64,000 bases of DNA from Bacteroidota bacterium (GCA_018266615.1 JAFEAB010000058.1:4194-68193); one strand, 5' to 3'; counted from the first letter of the stretch, positions 1 to 11,113 are shown. A program made the numbers and translations. Notes: a model not told the origin generated them from the letters alone.

Positions 1-157
1 GCTTAAACTCAGGCGCTTTGGGAGTAGAGTCTGCCTTCATTATTTGAACGGTATCTTTGGCTATGGGCTGAGGTTCTTCTTTGGGTGCATTGTTGCAAGC
101 AGTAAATAAAACTATCAACGTAAACAGCCCCCCCATTTTAAAATTTAGTCGTTTCAT
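1..157 (-). CDS. N-terminal fragment of a putative lipoprotein (gene continues past the window start)
   Basis: ATG at 155-157 on the minus strand. Translation is MKRLNFKMGGLFTLIVLFTACNNAPKEE, a signal peptide with a lipobox-like LFTAC. The frame is open to position 1. Confidence 0.4.
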   Translation of the reverse strand, partial: MKRLNFKMGGLFTLIVLFTACNNAPKEEPQPIAKDTVQIMKADSTPKAPEFK

Positions 158-207
158 TTTCATTCATTTTAAAAATCAACAATGTTTAGAATTCAAAAAA
201 TCAATTT

Positions 208-1155
208 TCACTTTTTAAAGTTTTCAATTCCGTAATATGCCATTTCACTGATGATTTTGCCATCTGCATTAAACTCATCGGAAAAGTGATAGCCGACTGT
301 TAATTTCTTCTTGTCGGATTTCCGGATAAGATTGAACTTCCACCAGGATAACACAATCCGGGCATCTCCCATTTCATAGTGCAGGTAATCCGGATATCCG
401 ATTTCTTCTATACTAACAATTTGGTAATCGTTAATAAATTTCAACCAATCGGTACGGGTAGTTTCCATATTATCCGCTTTATCATAGGGCGTATTGTTAA
501 TGTCAAAAAACTTAGCATCTTTAGTGAAATAGCTTAGTGCTTTATCCACATCCCCTTTTTCAAATGCGTACATGGATTTCCGCACCGTGTTGATGTTTTC
601 GTGGTGGTTGTATATAGTACCATTTGTACGGGTGGTTAAACTTGCTCTTATTTCATTAAACACTTTCGAATTTTCATAAGAAATCATCCTCTTAATTTTC
701 CCATCGGCAGTTACAGCAAAGGAATAGTGTGCTGAAGCATCTATTTTAACCCCGGTTTTTTTATGGACTCCATTCAGCATCTTCCAGGAAAGGACCGTAA
801 TCATTTTATCCTTATTATCCTTTTGATACTCCAAAGCATCGGGGTAACTTCCGGGAAAATCAACAAATGAGAAATAATCAAACTGGTTTTTAAAACTGGC
901 CGCTTCGTTTAAAAATGTTTTCTTATCAATTGCACCGCCATCGCTTTGATTTGATGTACCATCATAGGCCTTAAAATCGTCGGTAAGCAAACTGGCCATT
1001 TTAGCCTCATCTCCGGCAATAAATGCATTGCAAAAGTCATTAACCACAGATAATGCAGGATGCTCAATGTAAATAGTCCCATTGGTCTTTTTTTGAGCCG
1101 AAACTGAAAATGCACAGGCAAAAGCCAGGAAGATAAATAATAATGTCTTTTTCAT
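208..1155 (-). CDS. Secreted two-domain SnoaL/NTF2-like protein (hypothetical)
   Basis: 315-aa ORF with an N-terminal signal peptide (MKKTLLFIFLAFACAFSVSAQ). Two internally similar halves (NGTIYIEHP.. / NGTIYNHHE..) are typical of NTF2-like folds. Confidence 0.45.
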   Translation of the reverse strand: MKKTLLFIFLAFACAFSVSAQKKTNGTIYIEHPALSVVNDFCNAFIAGDEAKMASLLTDDFKAYDGTSNQSDGGAIDKKTFLNEAASFKNQFDYFSFVDFPGSYPDALEYQKDNKDKMITVLSWKMLNGVHKKTGVKIDASAHYSFAVTADGKIKRMISYENSKVFNEIRASLTTRTNGTIYNHHENINTVRKSMYAFEKGDVDKALSYFTKDAKFFDINNTPYDKADNMETTRTDWLKFINDYQIVSIEEIGYPDYLHYEMGDARIVLSWWKFNLIRKSDKKKLTVGYHFSDEFNADGKIISEMAYYGIENFKK

Positions 1156-1233
1156 TTTAATGTTGTTTAAATGATTAAAATATTTTTCAATTATGAACCC
1201 AGGTGTTTTACAGGCTGCAATACTTTCACAGAA

Positions 1234-2175
1234 TTATCCATTGGAAAAACTATATAATGTTTCCCTCACCGGCCTAAAATCAACCGACAGGTCGGATTTT
1301 GCAAGGTTGTTCCTATAAACTGTAAGAGGTTTGTTATTGGGATCTTCCCCATTCAGCATCAATCGCAAATCAGATATCCGCCAGGATTCACTACTTAGGA
1401 GATAGTTCTTTCCATGAATCCCGTTTCGGGTTGCGGCTTTGTACACAGCTTCCGCCACATCCCTTACATCCACTATAGCGAAAAGAGCATCTACATCATA
1501 CAAGAATCGTATAAAATCATTGGGGGCAATCCCATTTTTAATCAGGAACTGTAGTCCGGAAGAAGTGGAATCTTCACGGGAAGATAAGGACCTGCCCATT
1601 ACCATCACCGGCGATACGGAACTGATTTCAAAATGAATGCCGGGATGCTCCTCTATATATTTCTCCACCGTTTGATTGGCAATAAATTTTGCCTGCGCGT
1701 AGGGGTGGCTTTCTTTACTGATAAATTTGGGAGATAATTCATCCATTACATCCAGCGGAGTTGTATTATCCGGAGGCAAGGGGAAATTGGTATTTAGGGA
1801 GGCAACGGAAGCAATGATTACAACCTTTTCAACAGAAGGAGTATTGCTGATTGCTTCTAAAAAATTTTCAGTCCCCCGAATTGTCGGGTCAAATAATTCG
1901 GACTTAGGGTCACTTACCTCTAATTGAAATGGGGTTCCACCATGAATTACCAAATCACAATCTTGTACAAACTGTTGCAATTGATTTTTATTCTCAATAT
2001 TCAGTTCTGTGATATACAGGTTGCCCGAATTTTCCAATTCGGTGAGGTGCTTATATTTATCCTGCCTGGAAATATCGGTAACTGATACTTTGGCCTCGAA
2101 ACCATGATTAAGGAAAACCCTGGTAATATGGCTGCCAATGAAGCCGGCGCCGCCTATTATGCCCACCTTTTTCAT
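1234..2175 (-). CDS. NAD(P)-dependent epimerase/dehydratase (extended SDR) family oxidoreductase
   Basis: N-terminal Rossmann motif GIIGGAGFIGSH. Length of 313 aa fits this family. Confidence 0.8.
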   Translation of the reverse strand: MKKVGIIGGAGFIGSHITRVFLNHGFEAKVSVTDISRQDKYKHLTELENSGNLYITELNIENKNQLQQFVQDCDLVIHGGTPFQLEVSDPKSELFDPTIRGTENFLEAISNTPSVEKVVIIASVASLNTNFPLPPDNTTPLDVMDELSPKFISKESHPYAQAKFIANQTVEKYIEEHPGIHFEISSVSPVMVMGRSLSSREDSTSSGLQFLIKNGIAPNDFIRFLYDVDALFAIVDVRDVAEAVYKAATRNGIHGKNYLLSSESWRISDLRLMLNGEDPNNKPLTVYRNNLAKSDLSVDFRPVRETLYSFSNG

Positions 2176-2412
2176 ACTGAAACAATTTAGGATTGGTTAT
2201 ACCCTCCATTCGTCAACTCTACTTTGCAGGGGAAGATTGCAAACAAACGGATTGGAAGTCAATTCGTAACCCGGGTTAAAGGTTCAACTGATTTCTCCTA
2301 CCTAAATAACAAAGAATACATGCCTGAAACAAGCCATTTAGGACGAAACCTGCATATTTCTGTACCAGGGTGAGGGCTTATTTACCGAAAAGAAAAGGAG
2401 GTGGAAGGAAGT

Positions 2413-3156
2413 TTAAATAGTATGCAGCCGGTTAAGCAATTCTTCCTTAAGGGGCTTGCTAACCGGAATAGCCGTACGCCCGATCACAATATGGCTGGTG
2501 GCAATCTCATCAATACGGGAAAGGTTTACAATAAAAGAACGGTGGACCCGGATAAAATGCTTTTGTGGTAACCGATCATCCATATCCTTTAGGGTCATCA
2601 CCAGCAGGTATTGTTTATCCTGAGCGTAAATACGGCAATAATTACGTTCTGCTTCAATGTAAAGAATGTCCTTAATGTCAACCTTCACCAGCTTATCATT
2701 ATTGCGAACAAAAAGGAAATCACTTAACACATACGCAGGTGGTTCGTTGCTAACGGCAGGTTTATAGTTATGTTTATCTAACTGAAGCTGTGCAATCGTT
2801 AGCTCAATGGCCCTTTGTAAGTCCAGGTTTTTAAAAGGTTTTGAAATAAAAGCAAAGGGATGAGTAATTTTTGCCCGGTTAAAATTGGCATCATCTGCAT
2901 TGGCCGTGAGGTAGATTACCGGAATATCAAATTCGGTCTGCATAATGTGGGCCGTTTCAACCCCGTCTAAATCCCCTCGTAACTGTATATCCAGGATTAC
3001 TATATCGGGTGGGTTTTGTTTTATATGATGCAATGCTTCCTCACCCCGGGGAATAATACCCGTTACATCGTATCCCAAATTTGTTAATTGTAAAGAGATG
3101 TTAGCCGCAATAAGCATTTCATCTTCTACAATTAATATTTTAACTGGGTCCTGCAT
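2413..3156 (-). CDS. LytTR-family response regulator (receiver + LytTR DNA-binding domain)
   Basis: CheY-like receiver (ILIVEDE.., DIVILDIQL) and a C-terminal LytTR-like segment (YIEAERNYCRIY...IRVHRSFIVN). Confidence 0.9.
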   Translation of the reverse strand: MQDPVKILIVEDEMLIAANISLQLTNLGYDVTGIIPRGEEALHHIKQNPPDIVILDIQLRGDLDGVETAHIMQTEFDIPVIYLTANADDANFNRAKITHPFAFISKPFKNLDLQRAIELTIAQLQLDKHNYKPAVSNEPPAYVLSDFLFVRNNDKLVKVDIKDILYIEAERNYCRIYAQDKQYLLVMTLKDMDDRLPQKHFIRVHRSFIVNLSRIDEIATSHIVIGRTAIPVSKPLKEELLNRLHTI

Positions 3157-5075
3157 TATGCAGCAGTTTTTATATGAAATTCAAATTCAACCACCGTGCC
3201 ATTCTTATTATATTCCTTCATTTGCCCATTCATTTGCCTGGTAAGCAGTGAAATGAGTTGTCTTCCAAATCCAGTGCCTTGGGGAGCCGAGCCTTCCTCC
3301 TTACCTACTCCCGTATCAGCAACCTTTAAAGTTAGCATTTCCTGAGAAGTCCGGATCAGGTTAATGAAAATATTTCCCTGCTCCCCCCCCGGGAAGGCAT
3401 ACTTGAGTGAATTGGTAATCAATTCATTTACAATTAATCCAATGGGGATTGCCGAATCCACATCCAATTCCAGCTTCTCCATATCGCAATCAATCTGTAC
3501 CCGGCCGGCGGCATTAAAACTGTCGAGGATACCCTCACCCAGATTAATAAAATAATCCTTCATTTCAATGCTGCCCGGATTCGTACCCTGATACAATTTT
3601 TGATGAATAATTCCCATGGATTGCACTCTGCTCTCGCTGGATTGCATGGCTTCCCTGGATGCCGGATCGGATAAACCGGCTGATTGCAAGGCGAGCAAAC
3701 TTTTTACCAATTCAAGGTTGTTTTTTACCCGATGATGAATTTCTTTCAACAGTAATTCATTCTGCTTATTACGTATATCCAGTTTTTGATTGAGGAGAGT
3801 CAGTTGCCTGTTCTTGCGCTGGCGCTTATGGTACGAATAAATTAACCCGAATAAAATAAATGCGAGAAGTCCTGCTAAAATAATATATAAGGTTTCCGCC
3901 CTCTTTTGTTGAGCAATGGTTGATTTTTGAAAAGAAATGGTTTTATCTTTCTTTTCGCTTTCAAATTGGGCCAACATTTCAGACATTACTTTATCGCTTT
4001 CTTCCTTTGCGGTACTATCCCGCATTTGCCTGGCTTTCTTTTGATAAAATAACGCATGTTTAAAATCTCCCAATTTCTCATAGATGGAACTTACATGCCC
4101 ATAATTCTCAGTCAGGTTCGAAACATCATGATTCTTTTCCTGCATGGCCACTGTTTTTAGTTGGTACTGCAATGCCTCCCGGTAATTTCCCAGGAGCATA
4201 TAGGTCTCGCCTAAATTTGCATAACTAACATATACCTGATTTTCATAATTTACTTCCTCTCCTATTTTCAGGCATTCGGTGTATTCAGCCAATGCCTCTT
4301 TGTATCTCCCCATTCGTTTTAATGCATTTGCCCGATCATTCTTAATATTCAAAATGGTAAAAATTGAGGCATTATTTTCTTTCAGGATGGTTAATGCAGA
4401 ATCATACCGCTTATAGGCTTCTGCCGGATTGCCAAGGGCAACATTCGCATCACCAGCAGATTTAAGTGCAATTGCAAGCGGCTCGAAAAAATTATGTTTT
4501 TTAGAAAATGCAATATTTCGTTCAGCATAATCCAGGGCTTCATCAAATCGCTCCTGACGATAGAGGTCTTCAGATATCCGGTTGTTGGCTTCTGCTATTC
4601 CTTCGTTGTTACTAATTTGTTCCATTAGTTTAAGCGCTTTCAGGTCAACATCCATCGCCTGCTTAATATTCCCTTTCCTTTTATAAACCCAACCAATCTT
4701 GAAGTAAGTAGTGGCCTGTCCTTCCAAATCCTTAGCGGCCGAATAACCCGCAAGGGCCTGGTCAAAATAAAAAGAGGCAGAATCGAGGTTAAGCAGGTTG
4801 GCGTACATTCTTCCCAGTCTTTCCTGAAATTTGGGTAGCCATTGCATATTTTGAGCATGAAAAGAGAGGTTTACTCCCTGGATGGCATAACGCTTTGCCC
4901 TTTCAAAATCTGATTGAAAGGCATCATCGGTAAGCCGGGCAATTATTTGGAGTTTCTTTTCAGTATTTTTTTCCTCCCTTAATAACTGATTCAAACTATC
5001 CTCTGTACTGGATTGAGCACATACGGAAACCGTGCCAGCCAGAAATGATAATAAAGCAAAAACCAAAAGCCTCAT
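3156..5075 (-). CDS. TPR-repeat sensor histidine kinase (HisKA_2-type H-box)
   Basis: Signal peptide, TPR-like repeats, one TM segment (LYIILAGLLAFILFGLIY), H-box EIHHRVKNNL and a HATPase region. Overlaps the downstream response-regulator gene by 1 nt. Confidence 0.85.
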   Translation of the reverse strand: MRLLVFALLSFLAGTVSVCAQSSTEDSLNQLLREEKNTEKKLQIIARLTDDAFQSDFERAKRYAIQGVNLSFHAQNMQWLPKFQERLGRMYANLLNLDSASFYFDQALAGYSAAKDLEGQATTYFKIGWVYKRKGNIKQAMDVDLKALKLMEQISNNEGIAEANNRISEDLYRQERFDEALDYAERNIAFSKKHNFFEPLAIALKSAGDANVALGNPAEAYKRYDSALTILKENNASIFTILNIKNDRANALKRMGRYKEALAEYTECLKIGEEVNYENQVYVSYANLGETYMLLGNYREALQYQLKTVAMQEKNHDVSNLTENYGHVSSIYEKLGDFKHALFYQKKARQMRDSTAKEESDKVMSEMLAQFESEKKDKTISFQKSTIAQQKRAETLYIILAGLLAFILFGLIYSYHKRQRKNRQLTLLNQKLDIRNKQNELLLKEIHHRVKNNLELVKSLLALQSAGLSDPASREAMQSSESRVQSMGIIHQKLYQGTNPGSIEMKDYFINLGEGILDSFNAAGRVQIDCDMEKLELDVDSAIPIGLIVNELITNSLKYAFPGGEQGNIFINLIRTSQEMLTLKVADTGVGKEEGSAPQGTGFGRQLISLLTRQMNGQMKEYNKNGTVVEFEFHIKTAA

Positions 5076-5181
5076 ACCCGCTATTTAATGCAGTGAGGAA
5101 AGAAGGATTAACATATAAATATAACAATATTTATCAATATCTTTTATTCTTTGGATCTAAAAGAATTTCCGGGAATATTTT

Positions 5182-5211
5182 AAAAAAATAGCCCCATTGG
5201 AAGAATGGGGC
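5182..5211 (-). terminator. Rho-independent terminator after the T9SS cargo gene
   Basis: Minus strand reads GCCCCATT-CTTCC-AATGGGGC followed by TATTTTTTT. That is an 8-bp stem, a 5-nt loop and a U-tract. Confidence 0.55.
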
Positions 5212-5282
5212 GACCTCAAACTCATCTCTATGGTACTGTTTATAGATTCAACAGTACATTAATAAGCAAACAGGCTTTCTGC

Positions 5283-8200
5283 TTATTCCTTAACGATTTT
5301 CAAATTATACTTCTTTAAGCCTTGAACTACATTTACATTATATAATCCGGGTAAGAAATTGCGTCCTATCTCATATTGCAACCTGCCTATCCCTTCTTCT
5401 TGAAAAACAACCCGCCCCAATAAATCAGTTACGGTAATACTTACTTTATCATTCATCCGAAATCCAATCAGGCTCAATTTAAAATATGAAATGGATGGAT
5501 TGGGAAAAGCTTCCACATACGTTTTGGCCTCCTGCTGCAATGAAGCCGGATGGCCAATTCGGGTATTGTTGTTGCAATTTTCAGGCCCGATAATAATAAC
5601 TCCTTCTATTGTTTGCCCAATACAGGTTTTATAGTCTTTCACAAATCCTGTATAAGTACCAGGTGGGAGGTTGCTGAAAGAATTCTCCGGTTGGTAGGTA
5701 TTACCATCGATACTGTAAGTATAGGGGCCGGAACCGCCGGTAATAAATAATTTTATAGAGCCAGTTCCGGAACAGTTTATTGCATCCGATTTATAAAAGG
5801 TAACAACCATGTTATTTATATTAATAGCAGTATTTGCTGTACCCTGGCAGCCTCTTGCATCTAAAACCTTGACTACATAATTCCCTGCCCCTAAACCTGA
5901 AAAGTTGTTGCTATTTTGAGAAGGGCCTTCGTTAAGGGAAAATAGATAGGGGCCAACACCTCCGGAAACATTAACCTGGATAGATCCATCATTTACGCAG
6001 GCACTTGTGCTTGCCTGGTTAAGGGTAACATTCAAACCAGTACCTTGATCTACGGTCACGCTTTGGGTAGCCGTACAACCTTTTGAATCCTTAATAGTTA
6101 CCGAGTGGATTCCGGCTGAAAGACCTGAAAAATAATTTGTATTTACAAAGGCACCCCCATCTACCGAATAAGAAAAAGGAGGGATTCCACCAGACCTGTA
6201 AATACGAATTGCCCCATCGTCATTACAACTGGACGCTTTATATACATAGGAAGTGAAACCCAATGCAGGAGCAGCGCCTACGGTTACAATTTTTGTATTG
6301 GTGCATCCCCTGAAATCGATTACCGTAACCATATGACTTCCAGCGTTTACATTTTGAAATATGTTATCATCAAGTATTGCGCCTCCATCCAATTGATATT
6401 TATACGGACTTACTCCTGCTGAGGCATAAACTATAATAGAACCAGAAGCATTACAACTTGCTGAACTGCTGCCTCCCGTTGTTATTACGGGCAGAAATGC
6501 TTTTGAGACGTGAATATTATTGAAAGTAACAGAGCCGCATCCTCCATCATCCGTTATGGTAACATTATAAAAACCATATTGTAGCCCGGAAATATTAGCC
6601 ACGTTTCCAGGATCAGGAAAAGGCGTTGTGGAGGGATTGCCCGACCCAATGGTTCCAGTCCAGCTATATGACACATACCCTTCGCTACCCCCATGGGGAG
6701 ATACAAAAATTTGTCCATCAGGTGTACCGGCGCATGCACTCAAATTCAATACGGTATAATCAGCGGTAAAAGCCGGTTGTACCATTGCCAGGGAAGAAAG
6801 GGTAACGGGTGTAGGCCCTTCGTAATAACAACCTTCATTCACCGTAATGGTACAGGAAACCTGCTCACCACCCACGGGTGTAAAATCAAACATGGGAGAA
6901 TTTACATTTTGATTTACGTTATTTACAAACCATTGGTATTGGGGTGTAGTTTCTGCACCTAAAACATCAGCACTAAAATTATGATGTTGGCCTGCGCAAA
7001 GTATGGGGTCTGGATGATTCACTGCAACAGACAAATCATGGAATGGTTTTACCGTTACCATCGCCGGTTCTGATGTCATATTTCCACAGGGAGATGATAA
7101 AACACAATAATAATAATGGGTACCCGGTGTAACAGCGGGAGGGATATAACTGCTTCCAACGCCCACACTTTCTCCACTCATGCTTCCACCATTGTCGTTC
7201 ATAAACCATTCATAATTATCGATAGTACCCGTTGCTTCCACAGAAAGGGTGGTTGGGGTTGCATCCTGGCAAAGCTCCTGGTTGGCCAGAGGCTGCTGGG
7301 TTATAAAAATAGGCTCGCAGGGGGGTGGGTCGACAAATTGTAAAAAACTCTTATTCTGGTTGTTCCATAATAAAGCTGGAGATAAATATCCCCCCAACAC
7401 AACCGATTTATCAGGAAGGGAAAGAATCCCAGTTTCATTTCGATTTTGAACATTGGTATTCACAGGTACAGAAGCAACTTCAGGGTCTACGCAATTAGTA
7501 CAAAAGGAGCCGGAAGAGAGAATTACATACCGTTCAAAATTATTTCCATTCTGAACTGAAAGAAATATTTTCGAATCCCCTGCATATACAAATTGAGCCG
7601 AAGAAAAGAGTGATCCGTTACCAAGGAAGGAATATCCCAAACCGGCATTTGCTCCATTCGGGTCCCCGGTACCCACACCTAAAAAGGGTTGGCCATCCGG
7701 CTGGAATTTTTCCCAAATAATCCGCAAATTATCAGCCGAAATGGCACAGAAATAAATTTCATCATTGGGGCCAACAAACAAAGCCCCGCTGCCCTGTACA
7801 GATGAGCCTAAATCCACAATTCCTGAATTTCCAAAATTCAGATCCGGGGTTCCATCCGGGGCATACTTCCGAATCTGATTATTATAGAATCCATTTAAAT
7901 AATATTCAACCTGACAAACAAAGGAACCGCTGCTTTGCAATTGGATATTATTTATAAATATATTTGAAGCCCCATTAATATTAATGACACCTGCATTAGC
8001 AGAAAATCCGGTATTCTCGGATCCATCTGCATTAAGGTGCAATAAAGACGCCCCTGGAGAAGATTGCACAGAAACCAGGAGGGTACCATCATTTAGGGCT
8101 TTTCGTCCCTGTAAAAGAGAGGGTTGAACATAATTATATAAAGCTACTCCGGCCGAACCAAAGGCCGGATCCGGAGTACCATTGGGCAGAAAATGGAGTA

Positions 8201-9809
8201 TTTTCAACTTGGAGCTGTTATCCATCCCAATTGCATAAGTTGCTCCATCATCCTGCGTTTCTATACATTTCATATAACTATTGGCGCTAAACGAAGAAAT
8301 ATCAGAAATTGAATTATTTCCAAAACTGTTATCCGGAGATCCGGTAGCATTAAACCGTCTTAAATAATATTGGTTTCCAAAGGATTCCAGGGCGGAAATT
8401 TTTTCATTATCATATTGGATGCTAATTACCTTGCCACTTATTCCTTTAAGTTGAGCACATACCTGTCCGGTTTGGTTAAAAGTGAGGTCGGGTAAACCAA
8501 AATTGGGTTCATATTTTATCAGACTATACCGGCTCCCATCGGGTGTAAACCCTGTTGTGGAACCACCTTCCATTAAGGACCCATCACTTAATTGAGCAAT
8601 AGATTTGGGGTAATCATTTTGCGACGCAGAACCAAATTTTGTTACAGCCGTCGCATTGTTCCCATAATTAAACCAGCCAAAAGGAGTTCCGTTAGCGCCT
8701 AAAGCAATCACTCCAAAACCATCATAATAAGCGCCACTAACCACTCCGTAGCACCCAAGGAAAATTTTTCTCGTCGTGTTGTTTCCAGGGGTTACAATAA
8801 TTTCAGAACAATCGTAAAAGATATTCCCCTCCAAATTTCTAAAATACAATTTACCATCCGAATCAAAACTATTATCGAGTGAACCATTCGTATTAAACCT
8901 TGCTATTGCCACATAAACACTATTATTATATCGTGCCTTACCTCCTACCACAATTTTACCATCGCTTTGTAAACCGCAGGCATTTCCGTAATCCCATTCC
9001 TGACTAGGATCATCACTCATATTTACTATTGAATACCCGGTACCATTAAAGGCAGGATCAAATGAACCGTTAGAAAGCAGCCTGCCTGCCATAAGATTAT
9101 CCCAAGCTCCATTATTGCCACCTATATTGGAGGTTGTACCACAAAAGATAATGTTTCCGTCTTCATCAAAATGAACATCAGTAATATAGGCTCCCAGGCT
9201 TCCCAGGCTAGTTTCCACCTTTCCATTAGTTCCAAAATCCAAATCAAGGGCTCCGGATGAAAGGAACTTTGTAAAATCTGCATGTATGAATCCAGAATAA
9301 CCATATTGGGAATTATCTCCCCCCACAATAATAGATCCATCATCGTACACATCAATACTGGTGGCTGAAGTGGCATTTCCTCCATACGCAAAGTACGGAT
9401 TTGAAAAGGTAGGGTCTGGTGTTCCATCCGGTTGAACCCGCCCAACCATACAAAATGAATGTGAAGAATAATTACAAACAAAAACAATATTCCCTGAATT
9501 ATTATCCATAGCCATATCCGCAATTGCATACCCTGTAATTGGCCCTGCAATTCCGTTAAAGGAAAAGGATGGATCGGGGGTTCCATCTGCATTTAGTTTT
9601 ACAATTTGTGCTCCGGCAGCAGAATTAATGGCTATAAATGATTTTCCATATTGAGCAGGCAATATTTTAGTAACTCCTGAATTATTATCTGTGCCATCTG
9701 CAAAATATTTCATTCCATCTGTACCAGCCGAAGTATTAAAATGATAGCCTTGGGAAAATAGAGTAAGTGTTGCGAACAGCCAACATACCGACACAACAAT
9801 CTTTTTCAT
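5283..9809 (-). CDS. Giant secreted T9SS cargo/adhesin-like protein (beta-propeller-like NGTPDPSF repeats, SprB/Ig-like Cys-containing repeats, C-terminal sorting domain)
   Basis: 1508 aa with a signal peptide. Repeated D/NGxPDxxF motifs, then repeated C..DG.I.V...GG..PY.YS modules. The C-terminal roughly 80 aa (FPNPS...LYNVNVVQG..KIVKE) resembles a Por secretion tail. Confidence 0.8.
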   Translation of the reverse strand: MKKIVVSVCWLFATLTLFSQGYHFNTSAGTDGMKYFADGTDNNSGVTKILPAQYGKSFIAINSAAGAQIVKLNADGTPDPSFSFNGIAGPITGYAIADMAMDNNSGNIVFVCNYSSHSFCMVGRVQPDGTPDPTFSNPYFAYGGNATSATSIDVYDDGSIIVGGDNSQYGYSGFIHADFTKFLSSGALDLDFGTNGKVETSLGSLGAYITDVHFDEDGNIIFCGTTSNIGGNNGAWDNLMAGRLLSNGSFDPAFNGTGYSIVNMSDDPSQEWDYGNACGLQSDGKIVVGGKARYNNSVYVAIARFNTNGSLDNSFDSDGKLYFRNLEGNIFYDCSEIIVTPGNNTTRKIFLGCYGVVSGAYYDGFGVIALGANGTPFGWFNYGNNATAVTKFGSASQNDYPKSIAQLSDGSLMEGGSTTGFTPDGSRYSLIKYEPNFGLPDLTFNQTGQVCAQLKGISGKVISIQYDNEKISALESFGNQYYLRRFNATGSPDNSFGNNSISDISSFSANSYMKCIETQDDGATYAIGMDNSSKLKILHFLPNGTPDPAFGSAGVALYNYVQPSLLQGRKALNDGTLLVSVQSSPGASLLHLNADGSENTGFSANAGVININGASNIFINNIQLQSSGSFVCQVEYYLNGFYNNQIRKYAPDGTPDLNFGNSGIVDLGSSVQGSGALFVGPNDEIYFCAISADNLRIIWEKFQPDGQPFLGVGTGDPNGANAGLGYSFLGNGSLFSSAQFVYAGDSKIFLSVQNGNNFERYVILSSGSFCTNCVDPEVASVPVNTNVQNRNETGILSLPDKSVVLGGYLSPALLWNNQNKSFLQFVDPPPCEPIFITQQPLANQELCQDATPTTLSVEATGTIDNYEWFMNDNGGSMSGESVGVGSSYIPPAVTPGTHYYYCVLSSPCGNMTSEPAMVTVKPFHDLSVAVNHPDPILCAGQHHNFSADVLGAETTPQYQWFVNNVNQNVNSPMFDFTPVGGEQVSCTITVNEGCYYEGPTPVTLSSLAMVQPAFTADYTVLNLSACAGTPDGQIFVSPHGGSEGYVSYSWTGTIGSGNPSTTPFPDPGNVANISGLQYGFYNVTITDDGGCGSVTFNNIHVSKAFLPVITTGGSSSASCNASGSIIVYASAGVSPYKYQLDGGAILDDNIFQNVNAGSHMVTVIDFRGCTNTKIVTVGAAPALGFTSYVYKASSCNDDGAIRIYRSGGIPPFSYSVDGGAFVNTNYFSGLSAGIHSVTIKDSKGCTATQSVTVDQGTGLNVTLNQASTSACVNDGSIQVNVSGGVGPYLFSLNEGPSQNSNNFSGLGAGNYVVKVLDARGCQGTANTAININNMVVTFYKSDAINCSGTGSIKLFITGGSGPYTYSIDGNTYQPENSFSNLPPGTYTGFVKDYKTCIGQTIEGVIIIGPENCNNNTRIGHPASLQQEAKTYVEAFPNPSISYFKLSLIGFRMNDKVSITVTDLLGRVVFQEEGIGRLQYEIGRNFLPGLYNVNVVQGLKKYNLKIVKE

Positions 9810-9987
9810 TTGTTGAAAATTAACTGTAAGGAAAAATGTTGGTCAGCTAAATTCCTGGGAACGGAGGAACACTAAATGTAGGATAAAGTAAAATTATAAT
9901 CAAATTTTTCTATGGGTATCCTACCTGAATCTGAAGTCAGAAAATACCATAAATACAGGAGTTAAGAAGTCGAATTAAAAATCCTCA

Positions 9988-10947
9988 TTAATTCACCGAC
10001 ATCTTTTGTTTAAGGTAATTCTTAAGGGTAGTGTTTGTGATATTGCGAAGCAAGTCGTATTGAATGCCTCTGGCAGCCGCATCGGCTTCGATACCTGAAA
10101 TGGTGGTGCGGAAATCCTGCCAGGTATGGGGGTTTCCGGAGGAGGATAAGTACAGTTGGTTTTCATTGGGCATGGTAACAGCGAGTACTTTGGCGGAAGT
10201 ATCAATCCGGCTGAAATCCATAATTCCCTTAGGAATGATAATGGCAATTTTAAAGACCTTTTCAGGTACTGTTACATGGCTGTTATCGAGCGTATAAACC
10301 TCTGCATTATTGGGAGAATTTTTGGGGATTCCTCCCTCGCCATAGGCTCCCATAACGATGAATGCTTCGTAGTTAGAACCCACCAATGTATTTCGGATAT
10401 AATTCTCCAATACGGCCCAGGGTCCCTGGTTTAAAGCCGGTGCCTGCGGGATCATATTTGTCATATAAAAGGTAGATGAGTTGGCAGCAACCGAAGAGGT
10501 GCGATCTGCGGAAGGGCAATTATGTCCACGATCAAAGCCACTCCCGGAATATGCCCAGGCCTGAACCAGGTAAAAAATATTGGGAGGCAGGTTATCATCC
10601 GGCCTAAAATCGTTTTGCCGGGGGGTAGAACCTAAATCGGAGGATTCCAAATGCCAACTTACCCATAAGGGAATTCCGCGTTGATTAGAATATCCTTCTA
10701 TATAATATTGATGATCGAGCAAATAATTGTCCGGATACTGTATAAATCTTTCGGCCCGGGTTGGGTTACCCAATAACATATTGTCGTTATCTGCCGGAGG
10801 AAAACAAGGCCCGGCAACCACACCGGTATCTACACTACTAACGGGTGGCAGAGATGAAGGCTGTGGTTTAAATACCTCCTCTTTTTTACAGGCAGAAAAT
10901 ACGAGTAATAAAATAATACTCGCGGAAAAGATTCTCCGTGGAAACAT
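9988..10947 (-). CDS. Secreted DNA/RNA non-specific endonuclease
   Basis: Signal/lipobox-like N-terminus (LLLVFSAC) and the catalytic DRGH motif (FDRGHNCPSADR) of the NUC/beta-beta-alpha-Me family. Confidence 0.85.
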   Translation of the reverse strand: MFPRRIFSASIILLLVFSACKKEEVFKPQPSSLPPVSSVDTGVVAGPCFPPADNDNMLLGNPTRAERFIQYPDNYLLDHQYYIEGYSNQRGIPLWVSWHLESSDLGSTPRQNDFRPDDNLPPNIFYLVQAWAYSGSGFDRGHNCPSADRTSSVAANSSTFYMTNMIPQAPALNQGPWAVLENYIRNTLVGSNYEAFIVMGAYGEGGIPKNSPNNAEVYTLDNSHVTVPEKVFKIAIIIPKGIMDFSRIDTSAKVLAVTMPNENQLYLSSSGNPHTWQDFRTTISGIEADAAARGIQYDLLRNITNTTLKNYLKQKMSVN

Positions 10948-11113
10948 ATACTGGGTCTGGCGTGCAATTTACTCGAAAAAACAATGAAATACAAGCCGGG
11001 AAATGAACTAAAATAGTTGAAGTAAACCTTAAAAAATCCAATGTTAAACTGGCAAATTGCGGTAAGGCAATTATCAATTAAAGAGAATTAGGATTGGAGT
11101 TTAGGAGAAAGGT

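Noticed and set aside
9122-9592. Nested or overlapping ORFs inside the T9SS cargo gene (9122-9592 and several plus-strand ORFs at 5550-7449)
   Set aside because: They are alternative frames of a long repeat-rich gene. No independent support exists.
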